From: an uncultured Pseudomonadales bacterium
Lineage (GTDB): Bacteria; Pseudomonadota; Gammaproteobacteria; Pseudomonadales; Porticoccaceae
Length of the DNA stretch: 64,000 nucleotides
Reading direction: 5' to 3'
Assembly: GCA_938092205.1 (NCBI GenBank)
Contig: CALKMW010000037.1
Coordinates: 1,628-65,627 of the forward strand
The position numbers and the translations under genes were made by a program. Positions 9,726 to 20,328 of the stretch are shown in pieces (position 1 is the stretch's first letter; every line of letters begins with the position of its first letter). Under the pieces are notes generated by a model. The model did no database searches. It was not told the origin of the DNA and saw only the letters and a program-made list of their open reading frames with translations.

Positions 9726-10859
9726 ATGAACGCAATACGCCATATACAAGATGAAGCGCAGTGGGCACTTATTGCCCAAATTTTAAAGCCCTTCACTCCG
9801 AAATTACAGTTAGCACTGATTGAGCATTTGGGTAGCTTTCGCCAAATATTTGAGGGTCGCGAACAGCTTGATCAGCCAGTCCTCAATCAGCAGCTTCAAA
9901 TTGCTCGAAAGGCCTATCACAAAGGTCAGTGGCAGGGTAAGGCCGAGAAAACAACCAAAGCCCTCGAGCATCTTCAGGCGCAAATAATACCTATTACAAC
10001 CACCGACTATCCGTCGCAACTACAGCAAATCGCTAAGCCGCCACCCTTGCTCTATGTCCGTGGCGACCCTGCTTGCTTGCATCTGCCGCAGATAGCCATC
10101 GTCGGCAGTCGTCGCATGACTAGAGGCGCTGAAAAGATCGCTAAATCCTGGGCAAAAAGTCTCGCCGCAGGCGGCTTTACCATTACTAGCGGCATGGCAA
10201 TAGGAATAGATAGCTGCGCTCATCGCGGTGCGCTTGAGGCGCCTCAGGGAGTATGTATTGGCGTTGTTGCCACAGGCATAGATCGTAGTTACCCCAGCCG
10301 TAATGCTTCGCTAGCCGATCATATTGTCGAAGGCGGCGGCGCCCTAGTCACCGAGTTTGCCCTTGGCACCCCGCCGCTTCCGGCCCATTTTCCCCAGCGC
10401 AACCGTATTATTAGCGGTCTAAGTCTAGGCGTGTTAGTGGTAGAGGCAGCGATAAATAGCGGCTCACTGATCACCGCCAAATATGCGCTCGAACAAAATC
10501 GCGAAGTATTTGCCATTCCTGGCTCGATCAATAGTCCCCAGAGCAAAGGCTGTCATCAGCTCATTAAACAGGGTGCCTGTCTAGTAGAAACCACTGCCGA
10601 ACTAGTTGAGGAAATTGCTGGCCCCCTGGCGCGCTATGGAGAAAAATATAAAGATTTAGCTAAGATGCTGCCTGCAGACTTGCCCTGCGAAATACTCAAT
10701 AATGAGGAATCTCTGTTGCTAAAGATATTGGGTTATGAGCCAGTGTTTATCGACGAGCTAGACACCCCCTGGCAAATGGACAAGCTATTGCAGCTATTAA
10801 TTGCCCTAGAATTAAAGGGCTTAATAGTCAGTGAGCAAGGCTGTTACACGCGCATTTGA
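9726..10859 (+). CDS. dprA: DNA-processing protein DprA (Smf)
   Basis: Motifs AIVGSR, SGMAIGID, FPQRNRIISGLS and SGSLITA. The ATG at 9726 follows an AAGGA SD; the ORF track starts at 9705. Confidence 0.93.
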   Translation: MNAIRHIQDEAQWALIAQILKPFTPKLQLALIEHLGSFRQIFEGREQLDQPVLNQQLQIARKAYHKGQWQGKAEKTTKALEHLQAQIIPITTTDYPSQLQQIAKPPPLLYVRGDPACLHLPQIAIVGSRRMTRGAEKIAKSWAKSLAAGGFTITSGMAIGIDSCAHRGALEAPQGVCIGVVATGIDRSYPSRNASLADHIVEGGGALVTEFALGTPPLPAHFPQRNRIISGLSLGVLVVEAAINSGSLITAKYALEQNREVFAIPGSINSPQSKGCHQLIKQGACLVETTAELVEEIAGPLARYGEKYKDLAKMLPADLPCEILNNEESLLLKILGYEPVFIDELDTPWQMDKLLQLLIALELKGLIVSEQGCYTRI

Positions 10860-10993
10860 GCTAGTTTGTGTAAATTCTTTTTTATGCGGCTAATACTGCT
10901 AGGCTTAGACCATTTATTTCGGTTAAAATGCAGCATTGCGCGCAGGGCAAAGTTTCGGTAATCTGCGCGCCTTTTACGGAGATAGATAAAATT

Positions 10994-11500
10994 ATGAGTA
11001 AGCCTTTTGTAGCCATCCTTATGGGTTCCGATTCTGATTTGCCAGTAATGGAAGCCAGCTTTGATATTCTAAAGAAATTTGATAGTCCTTTTGAGGTGAA
11101 GGTGACTTCTGCGCACCGCACCCCAGCAGCCACTCACAGCTATGTTACCGATGCCGATAAGCGCGGTTGTGCGGCCTTTATCTGCGCGGCAGGTATGGCG
11201 GCTCATTTAGCCGGCGCTGTGTCTGCAACAACTCTAAAGCCAGTGATCGGCGTGCCCATTAACGGCTCATTGGACGGTCTTGATGCGTTGCTTTCTACTG
11301 TGCAAATGCCGGGTGGTATTCCTGTAGCTACAGTAGCTATCGGCAAAGCCGGCGCTAAAAATGCAGCGTATCTGGCGGCACAAATTATTGGTGTTGCCGA
11401 TGCTGATATGCATCAAAAGCTTGTTGCTGAGCGTGCGGCCAATGCAGAAGCAATTATTGCTAAAGACGCTGCCTTGCAGGAACGTCTAAAAAATAGCTGA
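10994..11500 (+). CDS. purE: N5-CAIR mutase PurE
   Basis: Motifs [19 protein letters not shown] and STVQMPGG. Start placed at the ATG at 10994 after a GGAG SD. Confidence 0.95.
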   Translation: MSKPFVAILMGSDSDLPVMEASFDILKKFDSPFEVKVTSAHRTPAATHSYVTDADKRGCAAFICAAGMAAHLAGAVSATTLKPVIGVPINGSLDGLDALLSTVQMPGGIPVATVAIGKAGAKNAAYLAAQIIGVADADMHQKLVAERAANAEAIIAKDAALQERLKNS

Positions 11501-11508
11501 GTCAATTT

Positions 11509-12078
11509 GTGATCAACTGGAGCAGGCAAACTAACACTAGCCTTGCAGTGCATCAGTTGCATTCTCAGGGGGTGATAGCCTACCCGACCGAAGCGGTCTG
11601 GGGCTTGGGCTGTGACCCCTTCAGCTACTCAGCGGTAGCCAAAATTCTCCAATTAAAAAGTCGCCCTGAAAGCAAAGGGGTGATTCTAATCGCCTGCGAT
11701 TGGCAACAGCTCGCTCCTTTTACCAAGGGCTTAACTGATGTGCAGATGGCACCGTTGCAGCAACCCGCTGATAAACCTACTACCTGGTTGATTCCGCACA
11801 ATGGGGCGGCGCCGGATTGGATTGTGGGCGAACATGATACACTGGCGGTTAGAGTGACTATGCATCCACTGGCGGCGAGCCTTTGTCGATTATATGGCGG
11901 CCCGATTGTCTCCACTTCGGCCAACCCTCAGGGCTTGCCCGAAGCGACTAATTCGCTCAAGGTTAGAACCTACTTTGGGCGCAAGCTAGATGCAATTGCG
12001 TCGGGTAATATTGGCTCTGCTAGTGCACCCAGTGAAATTCGGCACTTACTAAGCGGCGAGGTCATCCGTAAAGGATAA
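11509..12078 (+). CDS. tsaC: L-threonylcarbamoyladenylate synthase (YrdC)
   Basis: Motifs [19 protein letters not shown] and STSAN. Confidence 0.93.
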   Translation: MINWSRQTNTSLAVHQLHSQGVIAYPTEAVWGLGCDPFSYSAVAKILQLKSRPESKGVILIACDWQQLAPFTKGLTDVQMAPLQQPADKPTTWLIPHNGAAPDWIVGEHDTLAVRVTMHPLAASLCRLYGGPIVSTSANPQGLPEATNSLKVRTYFGRKLDAIASGNIGSASAPSEIRHLLSGEVIRKG

Positions 12079-12079
12079 T

Positions 12080-12985
12080 ATGCAAACTGTTGATAAAGAA
12101 CTGGTTAAAAGCTACCTACTTGGCCTGCAAGATAGTATCTGCGACGCCCTGCAACAGGAAGACGGCAGCGCATGGCAAGAAGATAACTGGACCCGTCCTG
12201 AAGGTGGCGGTGGGCGCAGTCGTGTTATTGCCAATGGCTCGGTCATTGAGAAAGGTGGGGTTAATTTTTCTCATGTCTCTGGCGACCGATTGCCTGCATC
12301 AGCTACCCAAAGTAGACCCGAATTAGCCGGTCGTAGTTTTGAGGCTATGGGGGTGTCACTTGTGGTTCATCCGCATAATCCCTACATGCCAACCTCCCAT
12401 GCCAACGTGCGCTTTTTTATTGCTGAAAAAGAAGGCGAGGATCCCGTATGGTGGTTTGGCGGCGGCTATGATTTAACCCCCTACTATGGCAATCAGCAAG
12501 ACTGTGAGCACTGGCATCAAACCGCTAAAGATGCCTGTGATGGCTTTGGTGAGGAAGTGTATCCGCGCCTTAAGCAGCAATGTGATAAGTATTTTTACCT
12601 GCGCCATCGCGATGAGCCGCGAGGTGTGGGAGGCGTTTTCTTCGATGATTTAAATGACTTGGGCTTTGACCAGAGTTTTGCCTTTATGCGCGCTATAGGT
12701 GATAGTTATATCAAGGCCTATTTACCGATTATGCAGCGTCGTCGCGAGCAACCCTTTGGTGAGCGCGAGCGCAGCTTTCAGTTATATCGTCGCGGTCGTT
12801 ATGTGGAATTTAATTTAGTTTATGATCGCGGCACATTGTTTGGTCTGCAGACCGGTGGGCGAACGGAGTCTATCTTGATGTCTATGCCACCAATGGTGCG
12901 CTGGGACTATGATTGGCAGCCACAGCCAGGCAGTGCCGAAGATGAGCTTTATACTAAGTACTTGATTGATCGGGACTGGGCCTAA
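12080..12985 (+). CDS. hemF: oxygen-dependent coproporphyrinogen III oxidase
   Basis: Motifs [25 protein letters not shown] and [10 protein letters not shown]. Confidence 0.97.
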   Translation: MQTVDKELVKSYLLGLQDSICDALQQEDGSAWQEDNWTRPEGGGGRSRVIANGSVIEKGGVNFSHVSGDRLPASATQSRPELAGRSFEAMGVSLVVHPHNPYMPTSHANVRFFIAEKEGEDPVWWFGGGYDLTPYYGNQQDCEHWHQTAKDACDGFGEEVYPRLKQQCDKYFYLRHRDEPRGVGGVFFDDLNDLGFDQSFAFMRAIGDSYIKAYLPIMQRRREQPFGERERSFQLYRRGRYVEFNLVYDRGTLFGLQTGGRTESILMSMPPMVRWDYDWQPQPGSAEDELYTKYLIDRDWA

Positions 12986-13815
12986 TGACAGATAAATATG
13001 CCGTATTTGGTAATCCTATAGCGCATAGTAAGTCGCCGGATATTCATCGTCAGTTTGCTGAGCAAACTGGGCAAGATTTAAGTTACAGCAAGCAGCTTGT
13101 AGCAGATGATGGATTTGAGTCAGCGGCTGACGCGTTTTTTGCCGCTGGCGGCAAGGGCTTAAATATTACTGTGCCGTTTAAGCAGGATGCCTATGCCTAT
13201 GTGGCACGCACTACGCCGAGGGCTCGACGCGCTGGCGCGGTTAATACGCTGTCATTAGAGGCTGACGGAACTATCTTGGGCGACACTACCGATGGCGTCG
13301 GCCTGGTGAGCGATATAATCAACAATTTAGGTTGGGAAGTTCGTCATAAGCGGGTTTTGGTGTTGGGTGCCGGCGGAGCAGTGCGTGGGGTTTTAGAGCC
13401 GCTTTTGGCGCAGCAGCCTCAGCATATTGTGATTGCTAATCGCACTGTCGACAAAGCATTACAGCTGTCCAAGGGCTTTGCAGAATTTGGTTATTTGCTA
13501 GGCTGCGGCTTTGACATGCTGGATGAGCAGCAGTTCGATCTGATTATTAATGGCACCAGTGCAGGCTTGCAGGGCGATTTGCCTCCCTTGCCCGACAGCT
13601 TAATTGACGCCAATGGCGCCACAGCCTGTTATGACATGCTATATGGTGCAAAGCCAACGCCCTTTATGCAGTGGGCGGCGCAACGGGGCGCAAAAGTGAG
13701 CGATGGCTTGGGCATGTTGGTTGGACAAGCGGCTGAGTCTTTTGCGCTCTGGCGCGGCATACGGCCAGAAACGGCAGCTGTTATCGCCAGTTTAAGAGCT
13801 CAGCTTGGCGATTAG
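12985..13815 (+). CDS. aroE: shikimate dehydrogenase
   Basis: Motifs [22 protein letters not shown] and GAGGA. Confidence 0.96.
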   Translation: MTDKYAVFGNPIAHSKSPDIHRQFAEQTGQDLSYSKQLVADDGFESAADAFFAAGGKGLNITVPFKQDAYAYVARTTPRARRAGAVNTLSLEADGTILGDTTDGVGLVSDIINNLGWEVRHKRVLVLGAGGAVRGVLEPLLAQQPQHIVIANRTVDKALQLSKGFAEFGYLLGCGFDMLDEQQFDLIINGTSAGLQGDLPPLPDSLIDANGATACYDMLYGAKPTPFMQWAAQRGAKVSDGLGMLVGQAAESFALWRGIRPETAAVIASLRAQLGD

Positions 13816-14354
13816 TCCTGCTCTGATAAATACTGATCTTTTAGCTTAATGTAACTTGCGGCTGAATAGCTAAAAAACTGCTTTTCCTCTTCACTTAATG
13901 GGCGCAGTTTCTTGCAAGGATTGCCGACGTAAATATAGCCGCTTTCAAGAGTTTTTCGGGGCGGTACCATGCAACCCGCACCTACAATCACCTGATCTTC
14001 TACCACGGCCCCATCATTAATCACCGCACCATTGCCGACTAATATCTGATTGCCCAGGGTGCAGCCATGCAGAATGGCGCGATGACCAATAATCACCCCT
14101 TCGCCAATAACTAGCGGGTAGCCCTTGGGGTTAAAGTCTGACGCATGGGTTACGTGCAGTACGGCATTATCTTGTACATTGCATCTTGCGCCTACTTTTA
14201 TAGAGTGCATGTCGCCACGAATTACCGCGCCGGGCCAGACGGATACATCGTCGCCCAAAACAACATCGCCAATTACAGTAGATTGAGGGTCGACGTAAAC
14301 GCGTTGGCCGAGATCGGGGAATTTTCCTTTAAAAGAGCGAATTGAGTGATCCAT
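13812..14354 (-). CDS. gamma carbonic anhydrase family protein (YrdA-like)
   Basis: Hexapeptide repeats, RGD, NVQD and three His ligands (LHV, GHR, LHG). Confidence 0.9.
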   Translation of the reverse strand: MDHSIRSFKGKFPDLGQRVYVDPQSTVIGDVVLGDDVSVWPGAVIRGDMHSIKVGARCNVQDNAVLHVTHASDFNPKGYPLVIGEGVIIGHRAILHGCTLGNQILVGNGAVINDGAVVEDQVIVGAGCMVPPRKTLESGYIYVGNPCKKLRPLSEEEKQFFSYSAASYIKLKDQYLSEQD

Positions 14355-14402
14355 ATGGCTGTCCTAAGGTTATAATATAAAGCCTATTGTGGTGAGTTTT
14401 GT

Positions 14403-14654
14403 ATGACTTTTTCAACTAAAAAACAATTTATTGCCGGTGTAGTCTGCCCTAAATGCTCCAAAATGGACAAAATTAGGGCGTTTACTAAGGATGGCACAAA
14501 CTATCGTGAATGCGTTAGCTGTGGGTTTTTAGATGAAATTCGTATCGCTTCAGCGCCTAAAGAGTTAATTACTCGAGTGACCCATAGCGTTGATGTGCTT
14601 TCAGAGCCCGCGCAAAAAGTTAAATTAGTTGATCCCAGCAAGCCGAATCAATAA
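14403..14654 (+). CDS. YheV-family zinc-ribbon protein
   Basis: FIAGVVCPKCSKMD...RECVSCGF with two CxxC motifs. Confidence 0.85.
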   Translation: MTFSTKKQFIAGVVCPKCSKMDKIRAFTKDGTNYRECVSCGFLDEIRIASAPKELITRVTHSVDVLSEPAQKVKLVDPSKPNQ

Positions 14655-14798
14655 TTTCAAGAAAAAACGACTTCTGCCAAACCCACAGTTGAGATTTACA
14701 TAACATACCCATATGAACTTGTTCTGGGTGAAAGTTGCTGTTTGTAATTTAAAGGTAAAAAAATGCTAGTAGATTGGCTAGAGAAATATACATTTATT

Positions 14799-14815
14799 TG
14801 GTACAATACCGCGCC
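14799..14815 (+). promoter_or_regulatory. putative extended -10 promoter of the cox operon
   Basis: TG-G-TACAAT followed by the GC-rich discriminator ACCGCGCC, about 90 nt upstream of coxB. Confidence 0.45.
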
Positions 14816-14899
14816 TCAATTGGTCCCCCATATTTATGCAGGGGGTGTCATCACGAAGCAAAGTAGTAAATTTCCACAGTTACCACGGAGAAATAAGCG

Positions 14900-16045
14900 A
14901 TGTTGAAAAGAGCGCAAGCGCTTTTCTTGAGTTCCCTCGGCGCAGTTTTGGCCTTGGTTTATGTTGGCGGAGCAAATGCAGAATCTGCACCTAGCCAGCT
15001 TAATATGCCTCAAGGAGTCACAGAAGTTAGTCAGGCTGCCTATGATATTCACATGATCATGATGTGGATTTGTACGGTAATCGGCATAGCCGTTTTTGGT
15101 TTTATGTTCTACGTTATGTATGCACACCGCAAATCACGCGGCGCAGTAGCAGAGAATTTCCATGAAAATGTTTTGGTCGAATTGCTGTGGACTATTGTTC
15201 CTGCAATCATTTTGATTGTAATGGCTATTCCTGCAACCACAGCCCTTCTTAAAGTTTACGATACTGAAAACGCAGATATCGATATTAAGGTAACGGGTTA
15301 TCAGTGGAAGTGGCAATACGAATATCTGGGTGAAGACGTTAAGTTCATGAGCGAACTGCGCACACCTCAAGACGAAATCTATGGCAGAGAGCCTAAGGGC
15401 GAGCACTATCTTCGTGAAGTGACTGAGCCATTAGTGCTTCCTGCAGGCAAAAAAGTACGCTTTTTGATTACTGGTAATGACGTAATCCACAGCTGGTGGG
15501 TTCCAGACTTTGGTGTAAAACGCGATGCCGTACCAGGATTATTTACTTCTGCTTGGGCCAAAACTGACAAGCCAGGCACCTACGTGGGCGAATGTACAGA
15601 ACTATGTGGTTCTGGTCACGCCTTTATGCCTGTTGTGGTTGAAGTTAAAGAGCAGGCTGAATATGACCAGTGGCTTGCTGACAAGAAAGCGGCAGCGGCA
15701 GAATATGCTTCTACAATCGGTAAGCAGTGGACATTTGACGAGCTGATGGTTAAGGGCGAAGAGGTTTATAACCGTTCTTGCGCTGGCTGTCATGCGGTCA
15801 ATGGTGAAGGGATTCCAGGCGTATTCCCAGCCCTTAAAAATAGTGTGATTGCGCTGGGCCCGGTTGTTGAGCACTTACGTGTTGTTGTCGACGGCATTCC
15901 TGGCACAGCAATGCAGTCCTTTGCGGATCAGCTTTCAGAAGTTGATATAGCCGCGGTTATTCATTACGAGCGTAATGCTTGGGGCAACGATGTGGGTGAT
16001 ATTACTCAGCCAATCGACGTTCTTAACTACAAACAAGCTAAATAG
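14900..16045 (+). CDS. coxB: cytochrome c oxidase subunit II with fused C-terminal cytochrome c (caa3 type)
   Basis: CuA ligands in DVIHSWW and CTELCGSGHAFM; C-terminal CAGCH heme c motif. Confidence 0.96.
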   Translation: MLKRAQALFLSSLGAVLALVYVGGANAESAPSQLNMPQGVTEVSQAAYDIHMIMMWICTVIGIAVFGFMFYVMYAHRKSRGAVAENFHENVLVELLWTIVPAIILIVMAIPATTALLKVYDTENADIDIKVTGYQWKWQYEYLGEDVKFMSELRTPQDEIYGREPKGEHYLREVTEPLVLPAGKKVRFLITGNDVIHSWWVPDFGVKRDAVPGLFTSAWAKTDKPGTYVGECTELCGSGHAFMPVVVEVKEQAEYDQWLADKKAAAAEYASTIGKQWTFDELMVKGEEVYNRSCAGCHAVNGEGIPGVFPALKNSVIALGPVVEHLRVVVDGIPGTAMQSFADQLSEVDIAAVIHYERNAWGNDVGDITQPIDVLNYKQAK

Positions 16046-16057
16046 GGAGTTTTCGAT

Positions 16058-17632
16058 ATGGCACATGGTCCCGCAACATTAGCAGACGGCTGGGTAAAAT
16101 ACGCAAGCCGTTGGTTATTTACCACAAACCACAAAGATATCGGCACGCTATACCTATGGTTTAGCTTTGCCATGTTTATTTTGGGTGGATCTTTCGCGAT
16201 GATTATTCGCGCGGAATTATTCCAGCCAGGTATGCAGTTAATTAAGCCAGAATTCTTTAACCAAATGACCACAATGCATGGTTTGGTCATGGTGTTTGGC
16301 GCCATTATGCCGGCCTTTGTTGGTCTGGCTAACTGGTTGATTCCAATGATGATCGGTGCGCCTGATATGGCATTGCCGCGCATGAATAACCTAAGTTTTT
16401 GGATTCTACCCTTTGCATTTGCAATTCTAGTAGCTACTTTGTTTATGGAAGGTGGTGGCCCTAACTTCGGTTGGACATTCTATGCGCCGCTTTCAACCAC
16501 CTACGCGCCAGATACAGTGAACTACTTTATCTTTGGTGTGCATATTATGGGTGCATCATCGATTATGGGTTCAATTAACATTATCGCTACGGTAATGAAT
16601 ATGCGCGCACCAGGCATGACCTACATGAAAATGCCTATGTTCGTATGGACTTGGTTGATCACTGCATTCTTGCTTGTAGCTGTAATGCCAGTATTGGCAG
16701 GTGCTGTGACTATGATGTTGATGGATATCAACTTTGGCACTAGCTTCTTTGATGCTGCCGGTGGTGGTGACCCAGTCTTGTTCCAGCACATTTTCTGGTT
16801 CTTTGGACACCCGGAGGTATACATCATTATTTTACCTGCCTTTGGTGTGGTATCTCAGATTATTCCTACCTTTAGTCGCAAGCCATTGTTCGGTTATTCT
16901 TCAATGGTATATGCGACGGCATCGATTGCCTTTATGTCGTTTATCGTTTGGGCACACCATATGTTTACCGTAGGTATGCCGATTGCCGGTGAGCTATACT
17001 TTATGTATGCCACCATGTTGATTGCGGTTCCAACCGGGGTGAAGGTATTTAACTGGATCACTACTATGTACAAGGGGTCATTAACATTTGAAACCCCGAT
17101 GCTGTTTAGTATTGCCTTCGTTATTCTCTTTACCTTTGGTGGATTTACCGGTCTGATGCTGTCAATTGCAGCGGCAGATATTCAGTATCATGATACCTAC
17201 TTTGTTGTTGCTCACTTCCACTATGTAATGGTGGCAGGTGCGGTATTTAGTGGTACGGCAGCGGTTTATTACTGGCTGCCAAAGTGGTGCGGTAAAATGT
17301 ATGACGAAACCATGGGTAAGGTTCAGTTTTGGATTGCCTTTATCGGCTTTAACATCACCTTTATGCCACAGCATTTCTTGGGGCTAGCAGGTATGCCACG
17401 ACGCTATGCTGACTATGGATTGCAGTTTGCCGACTGGAATATGGTTTCAAGTATTGGTGCATTTATGTACGGTGCTGCGCAAATATTATTCTTATTCAAT
17501 GTTGTGCGTACTATTACTCATGGCAAGCCAGTGGATAAGCCAGAGGTTTGGGAAGGTGCGGAAGGTTTGGAATGGACAGTTCCAACACCAGCGCCCTATC
17601 ACACCTTTGAGAAGCCACCACAGGTAAAGTAG
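16058..17632 (+). CDS. coxA: cytochrome c oxidase subunit I (A1 type)
   Basis: Motifs TNHKDIG, WFFGHPEVY, WAHHM, AHFHY and GMPRRY. Confidence 0.98.
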   Translation: MAHGPATLADGWVKYASRWLFTTNHKDIGTLYLWFSFAMFILGGSFAMIIRAELFQPGMQLIKPEFFNQMTTMHGLVMVFGAIMPAFVGLANWLIPMMIGAPDMALPRMNNLSFWILPFAFAILVATLFMEGGGPNFGWTFYAPLSTTYAPDTVNYFIFGVHIMGASSIMGSINIIATVMNMRAPGMTYMKMPMFVWTWLITAFLLVAVMPVLAGAVTMMLMDINFGTSFFDAAGGGDPVLFQHIFWFFGHPEVYIIILPAFGVVSQIIPTFSRKPLFGYSSMVYATASIAFMSFIVWAHHMFTVGMPIAGELYFMYATMLIAVPTGVKVFNWITTMYKGSLTFETPMLFSIAFVILFTFGGFTGLMLSIAAADIQYHDTYFVVAHFHYVMVAGAVFSGTAAVYYWLPKWCGKMYDETMGKVQFWIAFIGFNITFMPQHFLGLAGMPRRYADYGLQFADWNMVSSIGAFMYGAAQILFLFNVVRTITHGKPVDKPEVWEGAEGLEWTVPTPAPYHTFEKPPQVK

Positions 17633-17639
17633 ATTGGTT

Positions 17640-18188
17640 ATGCAAACTAGCCATCGCACACTGCTCGCCAAATTATTGGCATTGGCGGTGGCTATGTTTT
17701 TATTTGCGGTGTTTGTGTTACCGCCGCTCTATGATCTCTTCTGTGAGATCACGGGTATTGGCGGTAGAACAGACGGTAAATATGAAGCTGTTGAGGTGCG
17801 AGTAGATACCTCACGGCAGGTGGAAGTGCAGTTTGTGGCGGCCAATAACGCAGAAATGCCATGGGAGTTTTACCCAATGGAATACAGCGTTGTTGTCCAC
17901 CCAGGTGAATCTAGAGCGGTTAACTTTTTCGCTCATAACACCACCGGTGAAGATATGGTTGCACAGGCGATACCTAATGTATTGCCCAATAATGCAGCGG
18001 ATTATTTTCATAAGACAGCCTGCTTTTGTTTTGACAACCAGCCGCTGGCGGCAGGTGAACAGGCTGAGTTGGGGTTAGTATTTATACTGGACCCAGATTT
18101 ACCGGATAGTGTGAATACGGTTACATTATCTTATACATTATTTGATATAACAGATCGTACAGGCTTGTCGATCTCACAAATACAGTAA
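17640..18188 (+). CDS. ctaG: cytochrome c oxidase assembly copper chaperone CtaG/Cox11
   Basis: PLYDLFCEITGIGG and the CFCF motif. Confidence 0.94.
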   Translation: MQTSHRTLLAKLLALAVAMFLFAVFVLPPLYDLFCEITGIGGRTDGKYEAVEVRVDTSRQVEVQFVAANNAEMPWEFYPMEYSVVVHPGESRAVNFFAHNTTGEDMVAQAIPNVLPNNAADYFHKTACFCFDNQPLAAGEQAELGLVFILDPDLPDSVNTVTLSYTLFDITDRTGLSISQIQ

Positions 18189-18233
18189 CTTATTCGCCAG
18201 ATTCGGCAATAGGTTAAGAAATGGAGAACATTG

Positions 18234-19178
18234 ATGTCTACAGAAGGTAATTATTACGTACCAGAGCAAAGCAAGTTGCCAATTGTTACCGCAACCGGTA
18301 TGGGTATTTTGGCGTTTGGTGCTGCTAGTTGGGTGATTGAGGGCGGTTCGCCAACGATTTTCCTAGTCGGGTTATTGATTATGGCTCTAGTAATGTACAA
18401 GTGGTGGAGCATAGTTATTGATGAAAATATGCGTGGCTTAGCCAATGACCAGCTCAAAAAGTCTTATGTATTGGGTATGCTTTGGTTTATTTTCTCTGAA
18501 GTTATGTTCTTTGCCGCATTCTTTGGCGCGCTATTCTATGTTCGTGTGTTTGCAAATTCTTGGTTAGGTGGTGAAGCCGCCGTTGGTATTTTTGACGATA
18601 CCCCAACTGATGCCGCGGCAGCTAACAATGAAATTCTATGGCCGGGCTATCAGGCAGAATGGCCAGTAATGGTAACGCCTGATCAGGCAGCCAACGGTGA
18701 TGCGGCAATGTTTAAAGGCCCTGAACAAAATATGAACTTCCCCGGTTGGAGCAACCTTTTAAGCTGGCTGCCACTGTGGAATACCATTGTTCTAATGACC
18801 TCAAGTGTGACTGTGCATATTGCCCATACCGCACTTAAGAATGATAACCGCAAGAAGTTTAATACCTGGTTAGGTATCACCGTTGCCCTTGGTATTTTCT
18901 TCTTGTTCTTACAGGCTGAAGAATATATCCATGCATATCAGCATATGGGTTTAACTCTTGAGACTGGTATCTATGGCACAACCTTTTTCTTGCTTACAGG
19001 CTTCCACGGTGCTCACGTAACCCTTGGAACCTGTATGTTATTAGTGCAGTGGATTCGTGGACTTAAAGGTCACTTTAGTCATGAAGACCAGTTTGGTTTT
19101 GAAGCTTCATCTTGGTATTGGCACTTTGTAGATGTGGTCTGGGTTGGGCTATTCTTGTTTGTTTACGTTTTGGCGTAA
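18234..19178 (+). CDS. coxC: cytochrome c oxidase subunit III
   Basis: Motifs WFIFSEVMFF, TGFHGAHV and WYWHFVDVVW. Confidence 0.96.
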   Translation: MSTEGNYYVPEQSKLPIVTATGMGILAFGAASWVIEGGSPTIFLVGLLIMALVMYKWWSIVIDENMRGLANDQLKKSYVLGMLWFIFSEVMFFAAFFGALFYVRVFANSWLGGEAAVGIFDDTPTDAAAANNEILWPGYQAEWPVMVTPDQAANGDAAMFKGPEQNMNFPGWSNLLSWLPLWNTIVLMTSSVTVHIAHTALKNDNRKKFNTWLGITVALGIFFLFLQAEEYIHAYQHMGLTLETGIYGTTFFLLTGFHGAHVTLGTCMLLVQWIRGLKGHFSHEDQFGFEASSWYWHFVDVVWVGLFLFVYVLA

Positions 19179-19195
19179 AAAAGTACAGCTTGACT

Positions 19196-19225
19196 AAAAC
19201 GGCCGGGCATTGCCTGGCCGTTTTT
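19196..19225. terminator. bidirectional intrinsic terminator after coxC
   Basis: AAAACGGCCGGGC-att-GCCTGGCCGTTTTT lies between convergent genes. Confidence 0.85.
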
Positions 19226-19236
19226 GGTTTAACTGA

Positions 19237-19500
19237 TTAATTTTGTGGTGTAGCTTGATAGGGTGCGGTATTTTCTGGATGTAGTTGCCGATCCCAGGGT
19301 GCGGTGCTGTTTAGTTGGCCACTGTAGGTGCCATAGACAACACAGGCAATAAGTAGGGCGGCAAGGCCAATTCTTATGCCTAATGCGTAAAGTACTCGCT
19401 TGTTGGCGTTTCCCATATCTTTAACTAGAAAATTGAGCCCGCCAAATAAGCTGGCGACGACACCGATAAATAAGATGATAATGATTACTTTTAATAACAT
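19237..19500 (-). CDS. DUF2909-type twin-transmembrane small protein
   Basis: Two hydrophobic helices; antisense position between coxC and SURF1, as is usual in gammaproteobacterial cox clusters. Confidence 0.8.
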   Translation of the reverse strand: MLLKVIIIILFIGVVASLFGGLNFLVKDMGNANKRVLYALGIRIGLAALLIACVVYGTYSGQLNSTAPWDRQLHPENTAPYQATPQN

Positions 19501-19539
19501 GATTTAATCCATTGTTGTGATAGGAACATTTAACCACAG

Positions 19540-20298
19540 ATGACTGGCTCGGCTCAAAAAACAAATGGCTTTAAATGGCAGCCCAACGCTAAATTATTGG
19601 TGTTTTCACTATTAATGATGCCTTTATTATTGAGTCTTGGTCTGTGGCAATTAGAGCGTGGTGAGGAAAAGCAACAGATTGTTGATCATCATAAATACAA
19701 TCAGCAGTTACCCCCAATTATCAGCCCTAATCAGTTAACCACTGGCGAGGATCATCAGTATAGATTGGCATGGATACGGGGTGCGGTGGACAATCAGCGG
19801 GTTATTATTCTCGACAACAAGGTTAGGAACGGGCGCCCGGGTTATGAAATATTACAGCCAGTTACAGTATCTGGGCTGACAGAGAAGTTATTGATTAATC
19901 GAGGTTGGATAGCGGCCTCGTTAGACCGTGATATATTGCCGTTAATTCCTCCGGTAGACGACAACGTTCAATTACGTGGTTATCTCTATCAAGCTTTAAA
20001 AGGCGGATACCGTTTAGATGACGGTATTAGGCAAGTACAGCAGTGGCCCAGCCGTGTTGGCTGGATTACCTTACAGCGAGCAGAAGAGTTGTTTGGAGAG
20101 TCTTTTTTGCCCTATCAGTTGCGCCTAGACCAAGATTCGCCGGGTGCGCTTAAAACCGGCTGGACCACGGTAGCGGTTAAGCCAGAAAAGCACGTCGGTT
20201 ATGCAGTGCAGTGGTTTGCTATGGCGATCACATTACTAATAATGACCATTATTGCTAACTCTAATGTGGTCAGTTGGCTTAGAAAAACTCATAAATAA
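19540..20298 (+). CDS. SURF1-family cytochrome oxidase biogenesis protein
   Basis: Motifs LGLWQLERG, LINRGW and KHVGYAVQWF. Confidence 0.93.
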   Translation: MTGSAQKTNGFKWQPNAKLLVFSLLMMPLLLSLGLWQLERGEEKQQIVDHHKYNQQLPPIISPNQLTTGEDHQYRLAWIRGAVDNQRVIILDNKVRNGRPGYEILQPVTVSGLTEKLLINRGWIAASLDRDILPLIPPVDDNVQLRGYLYQALKGGYRLDDGIRQVQQWPSRVGWITLQRAEELFGESFLPYQLRLDQDSPGALKTGWTTVAVKPEKHVGYAVQWFAMAITLLIMTIIANSNVVSWLRKTHK

Positions 20299-20328
20299 TA
20301 TCAGCGATTAAGATTACAGGAATAAATT

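Noticed and set aside
14715-14741. GAACTT...AAAGTTGCTGT resembling the motif at 36958-36979
   Set aside because: The spacing differs, no properly placed -10 follows, and a short match like this can be chance.
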